Origin: Felis catus
Lineage: Eukaryota
Reading direction: 5' to 3'
NCBI RefSeq assembly: GCF_018350175.1
Contig: NC_058368.1
Coordinates: 203,486,001-203,550,000, forward strand
Length of the DNA: 64,000 nucleotides
Shown here: positions 40,604-53,400 of the stretch, piece by piece
How the letters are laid out: every line of letters begins with the position of its first letter
Position numbering within the stretch: the stretch's first letter is position 1
Program-made: the position numbers and the translations under genes
Notes under the pieces: generated by a model
Database searches by the model: none
Seen by the model: only the letters and a program-made list of their open reading frames with translations
What the model was told of the DNA's origin: nothing

Positions 40604-40887
40604 AGATGACTTCAGTTTATGTATGTAAACATGATTCCATTAACAATATTTTTATATGATACCATGATTAAATATTCTTTTCTAAGAAAAAGCAATGTTT
40701 CTTGTCATATGTGAAAGCAACACAAGGATGTAAAAAGGGGGGAAATTGACATTTCCCACAAATTCTCTTCCCTTTCTATTCCTCTAAGTCACCAATGTTA
40801 AAATCATTAATTGTTTATTCTTAACATCTTTACCCATATTTATGTAAGCATATGGACATGTAAGTTTTGTTTTTATTAAAAATGGTA

Positions 40888-41107
40888 GGGGCGCCTGGGT
40901 GGCTCAGTCGGTTAAGCGTCTGACTTTGGCTCAGGTCATGATCTCACGGTCCGAGAGTTCGAGCCCCACGTCGGGCTCTGTGCTGCCAGCTCAGACCCTG
41001 GAGCCTGTTTCAGATTCTGTGTCTCCCTCTCTCTGACCCTCCCCTGTTCATGCTCTGTTTCTCCCTGTCTCAAAAATAAATAAAGTGTTAAAAAAATAAA
41101 AAAAATA
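40888..41107 (+). mobile_element. SINEC_Fc2-like, inserted in an old antisense L1ME fragment (~40700-41680)
   Basis: Full head and tail; TSD aaatggta. Confidence 0.95.
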
Positions 41108-41177
41108 AATGGTAATAGCATACACAATACTTTTTCCTTGCCCACATAAAATATTACATGGCCATCCTTTCAGATAA

Positions 41178-41465
41178 ATACATATATACATATATACATA
41201 TATATAATTCATTTTCATAATTCATATATGATACATATATCATATATGTATATACATATATCATATATGTATATACATATATCATATATGTATATATGTA
41301 TATACATATGATATGTATATACATATCATATGATATGTATATACATATATGTATATGTATATGTATATACATATGATATGTATATACATATGATATATGT
41401 ATATATGTATATACATATATGATATATGTATATACATATATACATATATATATAATTCATTTTCA
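41178..41465. repeat. AT-rich (TATATG/CATATA)n low-complexity tract
   Basis: Read directly; bounded by duplicated tatataattcattttca. Confidence 0.95.
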
Positions 41466-41689
41466 AATAAGAGAAAATATTCAATATGGATAACCCAAAA
41501 TGCATTAAATCATTTCCCTCTAAATGGCAAACATTAAAGATGATTCTTTTTCTATGTCCCTATAAATAATGCTAAACTAAAAACTTGTGTACCTATGTCC
41601 TTATATGCAAGTATTTTATTTACATAGGATAGATACTAAAAGGTGGGATTTCTGGGTCAAAGAGTATGTAGGTCTCTAATTTTAAAAGG

Positions 41690-42300
41690 TAAAGAGAAAC
41701 TCAGTTGATCACCTTGCTTCCTATTTCACTGAGAAAATAGAAATAGAGGAGAACCTTCACAAACTGCCTCCAACAAATTTCCTTCCCACTGACCAGGATC
41801 TGCATCATATACCACGTCCTCCCTCCCACCATAAACCATCGGTCCATTCTCCTCTCTAAACCCCATGTCTCTGCCCATATACTATCTCATTCCCTCCTTG
41901 CCTACTCAAGGACGCTGTTTCTCCAGCAATGCTCCCCTCTTCTGTTCTCCACACTAACTAAATTCTTCCATTTGCTACAGTTTAATATACATTCAGGCTA
42001 TAACCACTTCTCACCACATTTAATATCATAACCTCTGGTCCAAGCTGTCATTTTTTCCTGGATCATGGCCGTACCTGCCAAAAATGGTCTCTCTGTTTCA
42101 ACCTTTGTTCCTTTACAATCTATTCTTCACATGGTAGTCAGAGTGATTCTTAAGACAGATCAGGTCTCCAGAGTGAAGATTCTCTAACAACCCTATTTAA
42201 AATGTTTAATCACCTCTCATGTCCCAATCCCTACATTGTTCCCTTTCTTTTATAGCATTTATCACGTTTAAATAAAATCTGTAATTTACATATCCTAGAT
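41690..42300 (+). mobile_element. L2 fragment
   Basis: ccttgcttcctatttcactgagaaaatagaa; cctactcaaggac; caatctattcttcacatggtagtcagagtgatt. Confidence 0.8.
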
Positions 42301-43143
42301 TATTTTGGATACTTCATAAGTTAATGCAAATCATGCTCAATTCTTATTACTGCATTTCTGTCTTTATATTTTCCAAGATTATGAAAAGCACTTAAAAAGT
42401 AGAAGGGATTTTTACAATAGATATCTAATACTTATCACCTGCATTTGACCATTAACATTTGGCTGTATTTGCTGTATTATGTTTCCTTCTCCTTCTTCAT
42501 TCTATCCAGCCATGCAGCCATGTTATTTTTGATACATTTCACAGTAAATTGCAGAATCAAGTTTAACTCACTGATTTTTAACTCACATTTTCATGTTTAA
42601 TGTCTACTCAAATATTTTGCTCATTTTTAATTGGGTTGTTATTTGCTTAGTGAATTATAGGGTTTCCTTCTATATCCTATATACCACTTCTTTGTCAGAT
42701 GAATGCTTTGTGTATATTTTCCCCCCATCTGTGGTTTGCCGATTCATTTCCTTAATTGTGTATTTTGACAAGCATAAGTTTTAACTTTCAATAAAGTATA
42801 ATTTATCAATTTTTATAGTTACTGCTTTCTGTAACCTTAGAAACTTTTGCTTATATACACAATGAAGAAATTCTCCTGGCTTTTTTTTTCCCCCTGAAAG
42901 TTTGATGATTTAAGCTTTTGCATTTAGGCTAATAACTCATCTTGAATTAAGTTTTATGTATCGTGAGGTAGAGTTAAGCTACTTCTTTTTTTATAATATA
43001 TTTTATTATATATTCATTTTTATATATACATAGATATATATGTATATACATACACACACACATTTAAAGTGCATTTTAATACATTTTATTTTTAGAGCAA
43101 TTCAGGTTCACAGCAAAATTGAACAGACAGTAGAGAGAGCTCC

Positions 43144-43685
43144 TGTCAGCATACTGTGCACTACCTGTTACCAATCTTAGGGCAGGACTACAAATACTTC
43201 TGTCCACTGAATCTTAATATTAGAGTCACCAAGGAAAACACAACACAGTTAAGCACTGGATGGAATAATACTTTACTTACATAAAGAGACAGAGAAAGAT
43301 CAGCTTCAATACAGGGTGTGACCCATGGCCAACAGTTCTCTCCTGGCAGCCAATACAGGACAGTTTGCTTACTTACATCCTTCTTTAGCAATGGTTAAAA
43401 AAAAAAAAAAAACCCTGACCCCCCCCCCCCCGCCCTTGTGGAGTCTAAAATACTCAAAGCTGGTGGACTCGCTGAGGGCCAACGACTTCCATGCTTAAGC
43501 AGAACAAAGGAACACGCACTGCTCCTGAAACAGGAGAAACAATTTCCTGCTACAAGGTGGTAAATCTAGCACAGACTGTGCAGTTCTTTACCTGTTGGTA
43601 AGTTAGTGCTGCAGGCCCAAGGCTCGTTGTTTTACAGAAGAGTAGGGATCAAAAGACTGAATGTATGAGACTGCATTTCTCAATA
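43144..43685 (-). mobile_element. ERVL solo LTR (MER54/73/74-like) in the L1 3'UTR
   Basis: Interrupts L1 between gagagctcc and ttcccatag; minus-strand start tattgagaaatgcagtctc, end gctgaca; degenerate TSD gctcc/attcc. Confidence 0.7.
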
Positions 43686-44496
43686 ATTCCCATAGACAAT
43701 CTGTCCCCACACATGCATAACCTACCCCCACTATCAACATCCTGCACCAGAGTGGTGTATTTGTTATAACTGACACATTGTTATCAGCCAGAGCTCATAG
43801 TTTACATTAGGATTCATTCTCTGTGCTGTACATTTTATGGGGTTTAACAAATGGATAATGACATGTATCCACCATTACAGTCTACACATTAGTTTTACTA
43901 GCGTAAAAATCCTGTGCTCTGCCTGTTCATCTCTCTCTCTCCTACTCAAGACTGGTGACCACCGATTATTTTTACTGTCTCCATTGTTTTACTTTTTCTA
44001 GAATGTCATACAGTTGGAATCACAGTATGTAGCCATTTTGGATTGGCTTCATTCACTTGGTAATATGCATTTAAGTTTCCTCCATGTCTGTCATGGCTTG
44101 ATATAACTCATTTCTTTTTAGTGCTGAATAATATTCCATTCTCTGGATGTATTTGAGTTTATTCACCCATTCACTAATAAACTACATCTTGGTTGCTCCA
44201 AAGTTTTGGCAGTTTTATAAATAAAGCTGCTATAAACGTCTGTGTGAAGGTTTTTGTGTAAACATAAATTTTAAAATTCACTTGAGTAAATACCAAGAAA
44301 TATGATTGTTGGATCACATGGTAAGCATAGGGTTAGTTTTGTAAGAAGCTGCCTGTCTTCTAAAGTGACTGTACCACTTTGCACTCCCACCAGCAATGAA
44401 TTGAATTCTTTCCAAATCCTAGCCAGTATTTGGTGCTGTCCGTATCCTGAATTTTTACCATTCTAATAGGTGTATGGGATCTTTTTTGCTGTTTTT

Positions 44497-44713
44497 TTTT
44501 TAATGTTTTATTTATTTTTGACAGACAGAGAGAGAGAGAGACAGAGCATGAGCAGGGGAGGGTCAGAGAGAGAGGGAGACACAGAATCCGAAGCAGGCTC
44601 CAGGCTCTGAGCCATCAGCACAGAGCCTGATGCAGGGCTCGAACCCACAGACCACGAGATCATGACATGAGCCGAAGTCAGACGCTCAACCGACTGAGCC
44701 ACCCAGGCGCCCC
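44497..44713 (-). mobile_element. SINEC_Fc2-like
   Basis: TSD tcttttttgctgtttt. Confidence 0.96.
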
Positions 44714-44799
44714 TCTTTTTTGCTGTTTTAATTTGGAATTCTCTAGTAACATGATGTCGATTAACTTTTCATGTACTTACTTGCTCTCTGTGTATTATT

Positions 44800-44801
44800 T
44801 T

Positions 44802-44837
<36 letters not shown>

Positions 44838-45037
44838 TGAGAGAGAGAGAGAGAGAGACAGAGAGACAGAGAGAGAGCGTGAGTGGGGGAGGGACAGAGA
44901 GAGGGAAAGAGAGAGAATCCTAAGCAGGCTCCACACTGTCAGCATGGAGCCCAATGCAGGGCTCAAACTAACAAACCATGAGATCATGACCTGAGCTGAA
45001 GTCAGATACTTAACCAACTGAGCCACCCAGATGCCCC
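44800..45037 (-). mobile_element. SINEC with (TTTA)n tail
   Basis: Reverse SINEC ending gccacccagatgcccc. Confidence 0.94.
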
Positions 45038-45397
45038 TGTATATCTTCTTCTGTGAGGTATCAAAGTAACCTGCCCAGTTTTAAATCAGGTTGTTCATTT
45101 TCTTTTTGAGTTTTAAACTTTCTTTATATATTTTGGATAACAGTCCTTAATTAGATATGTCTTTTGAAAAATATTTTCTCACAGTCTGTATTAGCAACTT
45201 ATTCTCTTGACACTCTCTTTTGCAGAGCATGTTTGTAATTGTTATGAAGCCCAGCTTCTCTATTCTTTCATGGATCTTGCCTTTGATGTTGTTTCTAAAA
45301 AGTCACTGCCATACCCAAGGCGTCTAACTTTTCTCCAAGGTTGTCTTCTGGGAGTTTTATAGTTTTGTGTTTTGCATTTAGACCTATGATCCATTTT

Positions 45398-45625
45398 TTA
45401 AGAAATTTTTTTAATGTTTATTTATTTTTGACACAGAGAGAGAGAGAGAGAGAGACAGAGCATGAGTGGGGGAGGGGCAGAGAGAGAGGGAGACACAGAA
45501 TCTGAAGCAGGTTCCAGGCTCTGTGCTGTCAGCACAGAGCCCCACGCGGGGCTCGAACTCACAGACCATGAGATCATGACCAGAGCTGAAGTTGGACACT
45601 CAACCGAGTCACCCAGGCGCCTCCC
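45398..45625 (-). mobile_element. SINEC
   Basis: TSD tatga(t/g)ccatttt. Confidence 0.95.
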
Positions 45626-47547
45626 TATGAGCCATTTTGAGTTAATTTTTGTGAAGGTGCAAGGTCTGTGTCTGGATTTATTTATTTTTATTTATTTTTT
45701 TGCATGCAGATGTCCACTTGCTCTGGCACCAAATATTGAAAAGACTATCTTTACTCCATGTGTTGTTTTTTTTTTGCTTCTTTGTCAAAGATAAGTTGAC
45801 AGTATTTTTGTGGGTCTACCTTTGGGATCTCTGTTCTGTTTCGCTGATATATTTGTTGATCTTTTCACCAATACCATGCTGTCTCGATTACTGGTAGCTT
45901 TATAATAAGTCTTGAAGTCAGGTAGTGTGAGTCCTCCAATTGTTCTTGTTCATTATTGTGTTGACTATTCTGGGTCTTTTGCCTAGGTAAACTTTAGAAC
46001 CAGCTTGTTAAGATCTACAAAATAACTTGCTGAGATTTTAACTAGGATTTTATGGAATCTACAGATCAGGTTAAGGAAAACTGACAACTTGACAATATTT
46101 ATCCTTCTTATCCATGAATATGGAACACCTCTCCATTTATGACGTTCTTTGGTCTCATTCTTCAGAGTTTTGTAGATTTTCTCATTTACATCTTGTGCAT
46201 GTTTAGTTTTATAACTAAGTATTTCATTTGAGAGATGCTAATGTAAATGTGTTTTTAATTTCAAATTCCACTAATTACTGGCATACACAAAAGTTGTTGA
46301 CTTTTGTATGTTAATCTTGTATCTTGCAATATTACTATAAATGCTTAAGCTCCATGAAGTGTTTTTTATTGATTTTTAAAAATTTCTACATAGACAATCA
46401 TGTTATCTTTCTTTTCTTGTGTTATTGCATTAGTTAGGACTGATAGTATAATGTTGAAAAGCAGTGGGTAAGAGGGGACACCCTTTCCATGTTCCTGGCC
46501 TTGGTGGGAAAGCTTTGAGTTTCTCACCATTAACTATGATGTCAGCTGAAGGTGTTTTGTAGATGTTCTTATCAAGTTTTGGAAGTTTGCCTTCTATTCC
46601 TAGTTTGCTGAGTTTTTGCCATGAGTGGATATTGGATTTTGTCAAGTGCTTTTTACGCATCTATCTATACGATTATGTGATTTTTTTTTCCTTCTACAGT
46701 CTGTTGATGTGATGGATTATATTGATTTTTGAGTGTTCAATTAGCCTTGCACACCTGGGATAAATCTCGCTTGCTTGTGGTATATGACTATTTTCATACA
46801 TTGTTGGATTTGACTTGCTAATATTTTGTCAAATATTTTTGCATCGATGTTCATGGCAGATATTGATCTGTAGTTTCCTTTTCTTGTAATATCTTTGTCT
46901 GGTTTGGTATTAGGGTGTGCTGGCCTCATAAAATGAGTTAGGGAATATTCCCTCTGGTTCTAGCCTCTGAAGCACATTGTGGGGAATGTATTTAATCTAT
47001 TGCTTTAATGTTTGGTAGACTTCACCAGTGAATCCATTTGGGCCTGGTGCTTTCTGTTTTGGGAGGTTATTAATTATTGACTCAACTTATTTAACAGATA
47101 CAGGCCTACTCAGATTGTCTATTCCTGTGTTGGTTCTGGCAAATTATGACTTTCAAGAAGTTGATCCATTTCATCTAGATGATCAAATTTCGGGGCAGAG
47201 AGTTGTTCATAATATTCCTTTGTTATCCTTTATTATTCATCAGATCTATAGGAACGACTCTCCTTTTATTTCTCAATAATATCAATAATTCATGTCTGCT
47301 TTCTTATTTTTTAGTTAGTGTAGCTAGAGGGTTACCAATTTCATTGATCTTTTCAAAGAACTAGCTCTGATTTTGTTGATTTTCTCTATTATTTTCCATT
47401 TTCCATTTCATTTATTTTTCCAGTATATTATTTTTTTATTTCTTTAAATTTAATCTGCTTTGTTTTAGCTTCCTAACATGGAAGCTTAGATCTTAGATCT
47501 TTCTTCTTTTCTAATATATGCATTCAATGCTATAAATTTCCCTCTCA

Positions 47548-47702
47548 AGGTTTGTGAGTTTGAGTCTGCATCCGGCTCTGTGCTGACTGATAGCTCGGAG
47601 CCTGGAGCCTGCTTCAGATTCTGCCCCTCCTCCACTCGCATTCTGTCTCTCTCTCAAAGATGAACATTAATTTTTAAAAAATAAACAATAAGAAAAATAA
47701 AA
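47548..47702 (+). mobile_element. Headless SINEC at an L1 deletion junction
   Basis: Begins ggtttgtgagtttgag; gagcctggagcctgcttcagattctg; A-rich tail; no TSD seen. Confidence 0.85.
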
Positions 47703-50178
47703 GATCTACCTTTATCACCTGATGCTCTTCTTCTTTTTTTAATGTAGATCAGAGTTTTTGACCTACACCACTTCCCTTCTCTCTGAAGTGTTTCTTTTAA
47801 TATTTCTTACTAAGCAGACTAGCAACAAATTCTCTCAGTTTCTGTGTGAAAAAAGTTTCTCTTTCACTTTTGAAGGGTCATTTTTCAGGGTACATAACTT
47901 TATGTTGGCAGCTTTTTTTCTCTTAACATTTTAAAATATTTCACTCCATTCTCTTCTTGCTTACATGGTTTCTGAGGTGTCAGGTGTAATTTTTATCTTT
48001 TCCCCTATAGGTATTTTTTTTCTTCTGGCTTCTTCCAAAAGAAATTTTTTTAATCTTTGATTTTCTAAAGTTTAAACCAAATACGCTTAAATGTAGATTT
48101 TTTGGTATCTCCTGCTTAGTATACTCCGAGGCTCCTGAATCTGTGATTTAGCTTCCGACATTAATTGGGAAAATTTTCAGTCATTATTGCTTCTGTTCCT
48201 TCCTCTATCTTTTTTTTTCCACTTCTAGTATTCCCAATATGTATATGTTATACCTTTTATAGTTATCCCACAGTTCTTGGATCTTTTTTTTAATCATTTT
48301 TTTTTCTCATTCTTTCTTTTCCCTTGCTTTTTAGTTTTAGAAGTTTCTATGGTCATATCCTCAAGCTCATTGATTCTTTTCTCAGCCATGTCCGTCTACT
48401 AATGAGTCCATCAAAGGCATTCTTCATTTCTATTACAGTTTTTTGTTATTGTTCTCTATCATTTATTTTTTATTTTCTTAGAATTTCCATCTTTCTGCTT
48501 ACAATACCTCTATATTCTTATATGTTATTTATCATTTTCTAGCATATTAATATATGTTTTAAAAATTCCTTCTCCAATGAACACTATAGTCTTGCCTTAT
48601 CTGACTCTGGTTTTGATGCTTGTTCAGCCTCTTCAAACAATATTTGTTGCCTTTTAACATGTCTTGTAATTTTGTGTTGAAAGGCAGACATGATGTATTT
48701 GGTAAAGGGGCTGTGGTAAATAGGCTTTTAGTAATGTAATGACAAGGTGTGGGGAAGAGAAGAAGCATTCTACAGTCATAGGATTGGATCTGCCTTTTGG
48801 TGAATCTATGCCCCTGGTCTATGAACTTCACCATTACTTCTCAGTATATCTTCCTGCTCTTAGGTGGAATAGTATGTCTAGAGGAGGCTAGAATTGGCTA
48901 TTTCCCTTCCCCTGTATTTAAAGCTAGGGCTTACTGAAGTTGAATTAAAACTCAGAAGGTTACACTCTTATAAAATAGTTTTTCCTGAGAAAACACCTCA
49001 TTATGAAGAACGGAATTTTCTGGTATATTTATTTAAACATGGTTCCTATTCCTTCCGCCTGTCAAAGCCTGAGATTTTTCTCCAATATTCACTCTGAGGA
49101 CCTGATAGAGCTCCTGGAAGTAAAGCTCACAGAAGTGTGGGAGGCCTCCTATGACCAGGTCCCCATAGTTTTTAACTCTCAGAGTTGTATACACATAGCC
49201 TCTAACACTTGTCAATTACTGTCATATTTCCCTGCCCTGGTACTGGTTCCGGTGGGGATACCTGCTCATGGATTTCTGTTCTGGTAAGTTCTGTTTCCTT
49301 GCCTCTCTGTCTCTCCAATATTTGGGGCAGTGGTTTTATCTGTGATCTTATTTCTCTAAAAGATCTAAGAAGAGCTGCTGATTTTTCAGTTTGTCCAGAT
49401 TTTTGTTGTTAGGATAGCTGTTGTGACTTCTGAGCTGCTCACACGCTGGCCTGCAAATCCTCAATCTCAATTAAATTTTTTTTTAATTTTAATCTGGATT
49501 CCCAGTTATTACAACATCAATTTGTTGAAAATACTTTCCTCTACCACTGGATTGCTTATCTAATTTTGTTGAAAATAAAATCACCACACAAGTATAGATC
49601 TGTTTCTGAGATTTCTCTTCCATTTCATTGTCAATTTTTTTTTGTCTATCCCATGCTGTCTTTATGATACAGAATTACAGTCTTTTATTCTTCTTGAAAA
49701 GTGCTTTAAATATATTTTTAGATTGCAATACATATTTTAGAATCAGTTGTAGATTTTTACAAGTTAAGTCTGCTAAGACTATGATTAGGATTGCATTGAA
49801 TCTACAGATTTTGAGAGAATTAATGTCTTAAAAATACTGAGTCTTTCAAATCATAAGGTATATCTCTCCATTTATGTAGGTCTTAATTTCTCTTAAAAAT
49901 GTTTTGTTTTCCGTGTAGAGATATCATACATCTACTGTTTAATTTACTCTTAAGCACTGTATGTATTGTGACATGATTGCCAATGGAATTTTTTTATACT
50001 TTATTTCTCAATTGTTCCTGCTAGTTTGTAAAGAAAGGTACATAGGTTTTTTCCATATTGGCTTAGTGTCCTGCATCATAGTCAGATTTAATTTCTAGTA
50101 TTTTTGTAGATTCCTTAGGATTTTCTATATAAACAGTCATACTGCCTGTGAATTAAAGGCAATTAAGATGTTTATTTT

Positions 50179-50395
50179 GGGGCGCCTGAGTGGCTCAGTC
50201 GGTTAAGCAGCCGACTTTGGCTCAGGTCATGATCTGCGGTCCATGAGTTTGAGCCCCACATCGGGCTCTGTGCTGACAGCTCAGAGCCTAGAGCCTGCTT
50301 TGGTTTCTGTCTCCCTCGCTCTCTGTCCCTCCCCCATTCGTGTTCTCTCTCTGCCTTTCAAAAATGAATAAAATGTTAAAAAATATTTTAAAAAA
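50179..50395 (+). mobile_element. SINEC
   Basis: TSD taagatgtttattt. Confidence 0.95.
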
Positions 50396-52735
50396 TAAGA
50401 TGTTTATTTCCTGTCTTATTCCAACGAATACTGGGACTTCCAACGAATGTTAAATAAAAGTGGTGTCCATGTGTATTTTTGCCTTGTTTCCAACATCTAG
50501 GGGAAAATATTCAATATTTTATCATGTATGATAGTAACTATATTTACGTACGTCATTTATCATATTAAGGAAATCACCTTTTATTCTTTGCTGGAAATTT
50601 TTATCACATATGGGTGAATTTTCTCAAATTTTTTCTTTGCAGTTATTGAAATATTTTTCTCCTTTAGTCTGTTAATACAGTGACTTACATATTTATATTA
50701 AATGTTTAAGAGGGGAATTCTTAAACCCTATTTAGTCAAGATTTAATGTCTGATTTATAATTTTAAATGTTTATAAAAAGCATTTTTAAATCCTGCGTAG
50801 TAAAGGCTTAATGTTTTTTTGTGCTAAATTTGGTTGTGCTAATATTTTGTTCATTGCCTATATTCTCAAGAAATGCTGGTCTTTGGTTTCCTTTGTTTTT
50901 TCAATATCTTAGACTTAGTTTCATAAAATAATTTGGGAGCAATTTGTCCTCTTTTTCATGAAATGTTTAGTGTAATATTGGGGCTTTTTCTCCATTAATG
51001 TTTCGTGGAATTCATTAGTGAAACCATCTGGGTCTGTAGTTTACTTTGTGGTAAAATCGTCTTTAATAATTTGATTTACTTAGGAGATATGGAGCTATTA
51101 TTCATTTGAGTCTGGGAGTAAAATTACAGATTTATAGCTTCTGTAAATCTGTAACTTTGTGTCTTTCAGAACTCTAGCCACTATTTCTTCTCTTCTTCCC
51201 CCTCCTCCTCCTTCTTTTTGTCATATTTTCTCCTCTCTCCCCTTTGGCATACCAATTACACATATATTAGAACTTATAATATTACGCTATAAGTCCCAGA
51301 GTCTCTGTTTACGGTTTTAAAATATTTTCCTCTATATACTCCAGATCACTACCATTTTCCTAGTTAGCTTCACTGATTCTTTCCTTTGAAATTTCCATTC
51401 TATTATTAAGTGACATTTTTAGTAAGGATGTTGTGTTTTTCCTTTCAGCTTCAGAATTTCTATTTGCTTCTTTTTTTGAATGTTTTTTATCTCTCTGCTT
51501 TGATTTCCCACCTTTTAAGCCATTGTGGGTATATTTTCCTTTATCTTAATTTACCTCATTGAGTACAACTCTTTGCAGTCTTTCTACTACTTTCAACAGT
51601 TGGGTCACCCTTGCATTGGTATCTCCTGAGTGTCCTTTCTCTTGAGAAAGGATCACATATTTCTGATTCATCACACATTAAATGAACTTGGGTTAGATAC
51701 TAGATACTGTGAATGATATGCTGAGGATCGTGTTATATTGCTGATTACTTTAATTGGATTCAAGTTGGAGGCAAATTCTTTAGTAGCTCACATCCCAGCA
51801 CAGTTATTTTATCTTCAGCTAGGGTCCGTTCAGCAAACACAATGGTATATTTATGTTTGACTTAGTGAGTTTACATGGACTTGAGGAGAAGGGTGGGTTC
51901 ACCAAATAAATTAGAGACTATGTCACAAAGGGAAAAGCTGGTGATGATTCTTGGATAGGCAGTCAATAGTGTCTGCTACATAAAACTCTGAATTGCAAAA
52001 TACCAGGAGATACTTTTCACATAGACTAACATAGGAATGATAGGTCCCAGAATTGTGCAACGTGGTGCTGTTAAAATTAATTACTAGATAATTTTATGAA
52101 AATAGTATTGGAAAATTTATAAAGTAAAAATTGATTTATTTTCATCCAACTGTATAGCCACTGAAATGGGAGTGTGATTAGTGTTGTTTAAGAATTCCAA
52201 GGTATGAACATTTAAGCATGGATATACAAGGAACAGGGAGAGCACTCTAGCTGGGGAAGTATATGGACTGATATATAATCATACTGAGAAAATATACAGT
52301 TAAATGGATATCATTAGACTATGATTTTCTAAAAGGTCTAAGTTTTCTCAAAAGGTGGTAAGTTTTCTCAAAAAAAAAACAACAACAAAAAACAAAGTAT
52401 ATTAAAAACAAGAAACACCCGGTATTATACAAGCAACCTTCTTTATTTAAAGAAGTACCCTAGAGAAGACATGACCAAAATAGTTAGGGATGAAGTCCAG
52501 TTAGTTCAAGAGTGAGAATGATATTAAAAATTAAGTCATCTTTCCACACAGATGAAAGGAAAGGCCAAGGATTATTTTCTTGGAATAAATTCCCAGAAAT
52601 CACCTGATGAAAGATTGTATCATTGTCCTGCTCATTCATGCAGTTTTTTGACAATTTCTTTTCAAAACTTCCAATTGACCTAGAACTTTCAACTGCTGAT
52701 CATTTCAGTGTCTTCTGGACCCCGAAAATATTATA

Positions 52736-52948
52736 GCGGCACCTGGGTGACTCAGTCAGTTAAGTGTCTGACTCTTGATTTCGGCTCAATGATCTCATGG
52801 TTCATGAGTTCGAACCCTATGTTGGGCTCTGTTGAGCATGGACCCTGCTTGGGATTCTCTCTCTCTCTCTCTCTGCCCCTACCCCACTCACAAGTGCACA
52901 CTCTCTCTCAAAATAAATAAACTTTAAAAATGCTAAAGAAATAAAATA
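52736..52948 (+). mobile_element. SINEC (older)
   Basis: ggcacctgggtgactcagtcagttaag head; TSD aaa(a/g)tattata. Confidence 0.92.
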
Positions 52949-53219
52949 AAGTATTATAAATATATATCATCAAACACAGTGGTCTCATCAGGGATGCCTA
53001 TGGTTAATCAAGTATCAGATACTTGACTTCTAACCCCTTCTCATCCTAAAGTACCTGGATTTTTGCCAGTCTTTTTTATAGTAGCTTGCATAAGATCTTT
53101 AAAAATCTATTTAGTCAGAGTTCCCCTTAATCCACCTTTACATTTACTCAGTATATTTCTCACTCTATTACTATCCTCCTAAAAAAACAATTTTACCTTA
53201 TTTTTGCTTTAAGAGATGA

Positions 53220-53400
53220 ATATAGTGAGAAGAATATTGGGAAGTTCGGATACACAGCTTCTAAGCTTCTGTCAGTAATTACCTGGATAATATTGGGCAA
53301 GTAATTTTTCCTTTATGGACCATAGTTTCCTCATGTGCAATTATGGAGGAAAAAATGAAAAGAGAGTTTGGTATTAGATGGGCATTTCAGTTCTATTACT
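53220..53400 (+). mobile_element. MIR/MIR3 fragment
   Basis: ttgggcaagtaattttt...catagtttcctcatgtgcaattatgga. Confidence 0.7.

Larger units (their letters stand above)
43084..49470 (-). mobile_element. Inner L1MC1/2-like element: 3'UTR, ORF2 RT, ORF1/5' region, decayed
   Basis: L1MC-type 3' end tttagagcaattcaggttcacagcaaaattga; RT remnant [35 protein letters not shown]...FIPGVQG at 46741-46929. Confidence 0.88.
42590..51720 (-). mobile_element. Outer ancient L1 (pieces 42590-42990 and 49480-51720) split by an inner L1
   Basis: Antisense ORF2 sequence breaks after tatcgtgaggtagagttaagctacttctttttt and resumes at ctggattcccagttattacaacatcaatttgttgaaaa. Confidence 0.75.

Noticed and set aside
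46430..46929. Reverse-transcriptase-like peptides
   Set aside because: Frameshifted remnants of ancient L1 ORF2, not a novel or active RT
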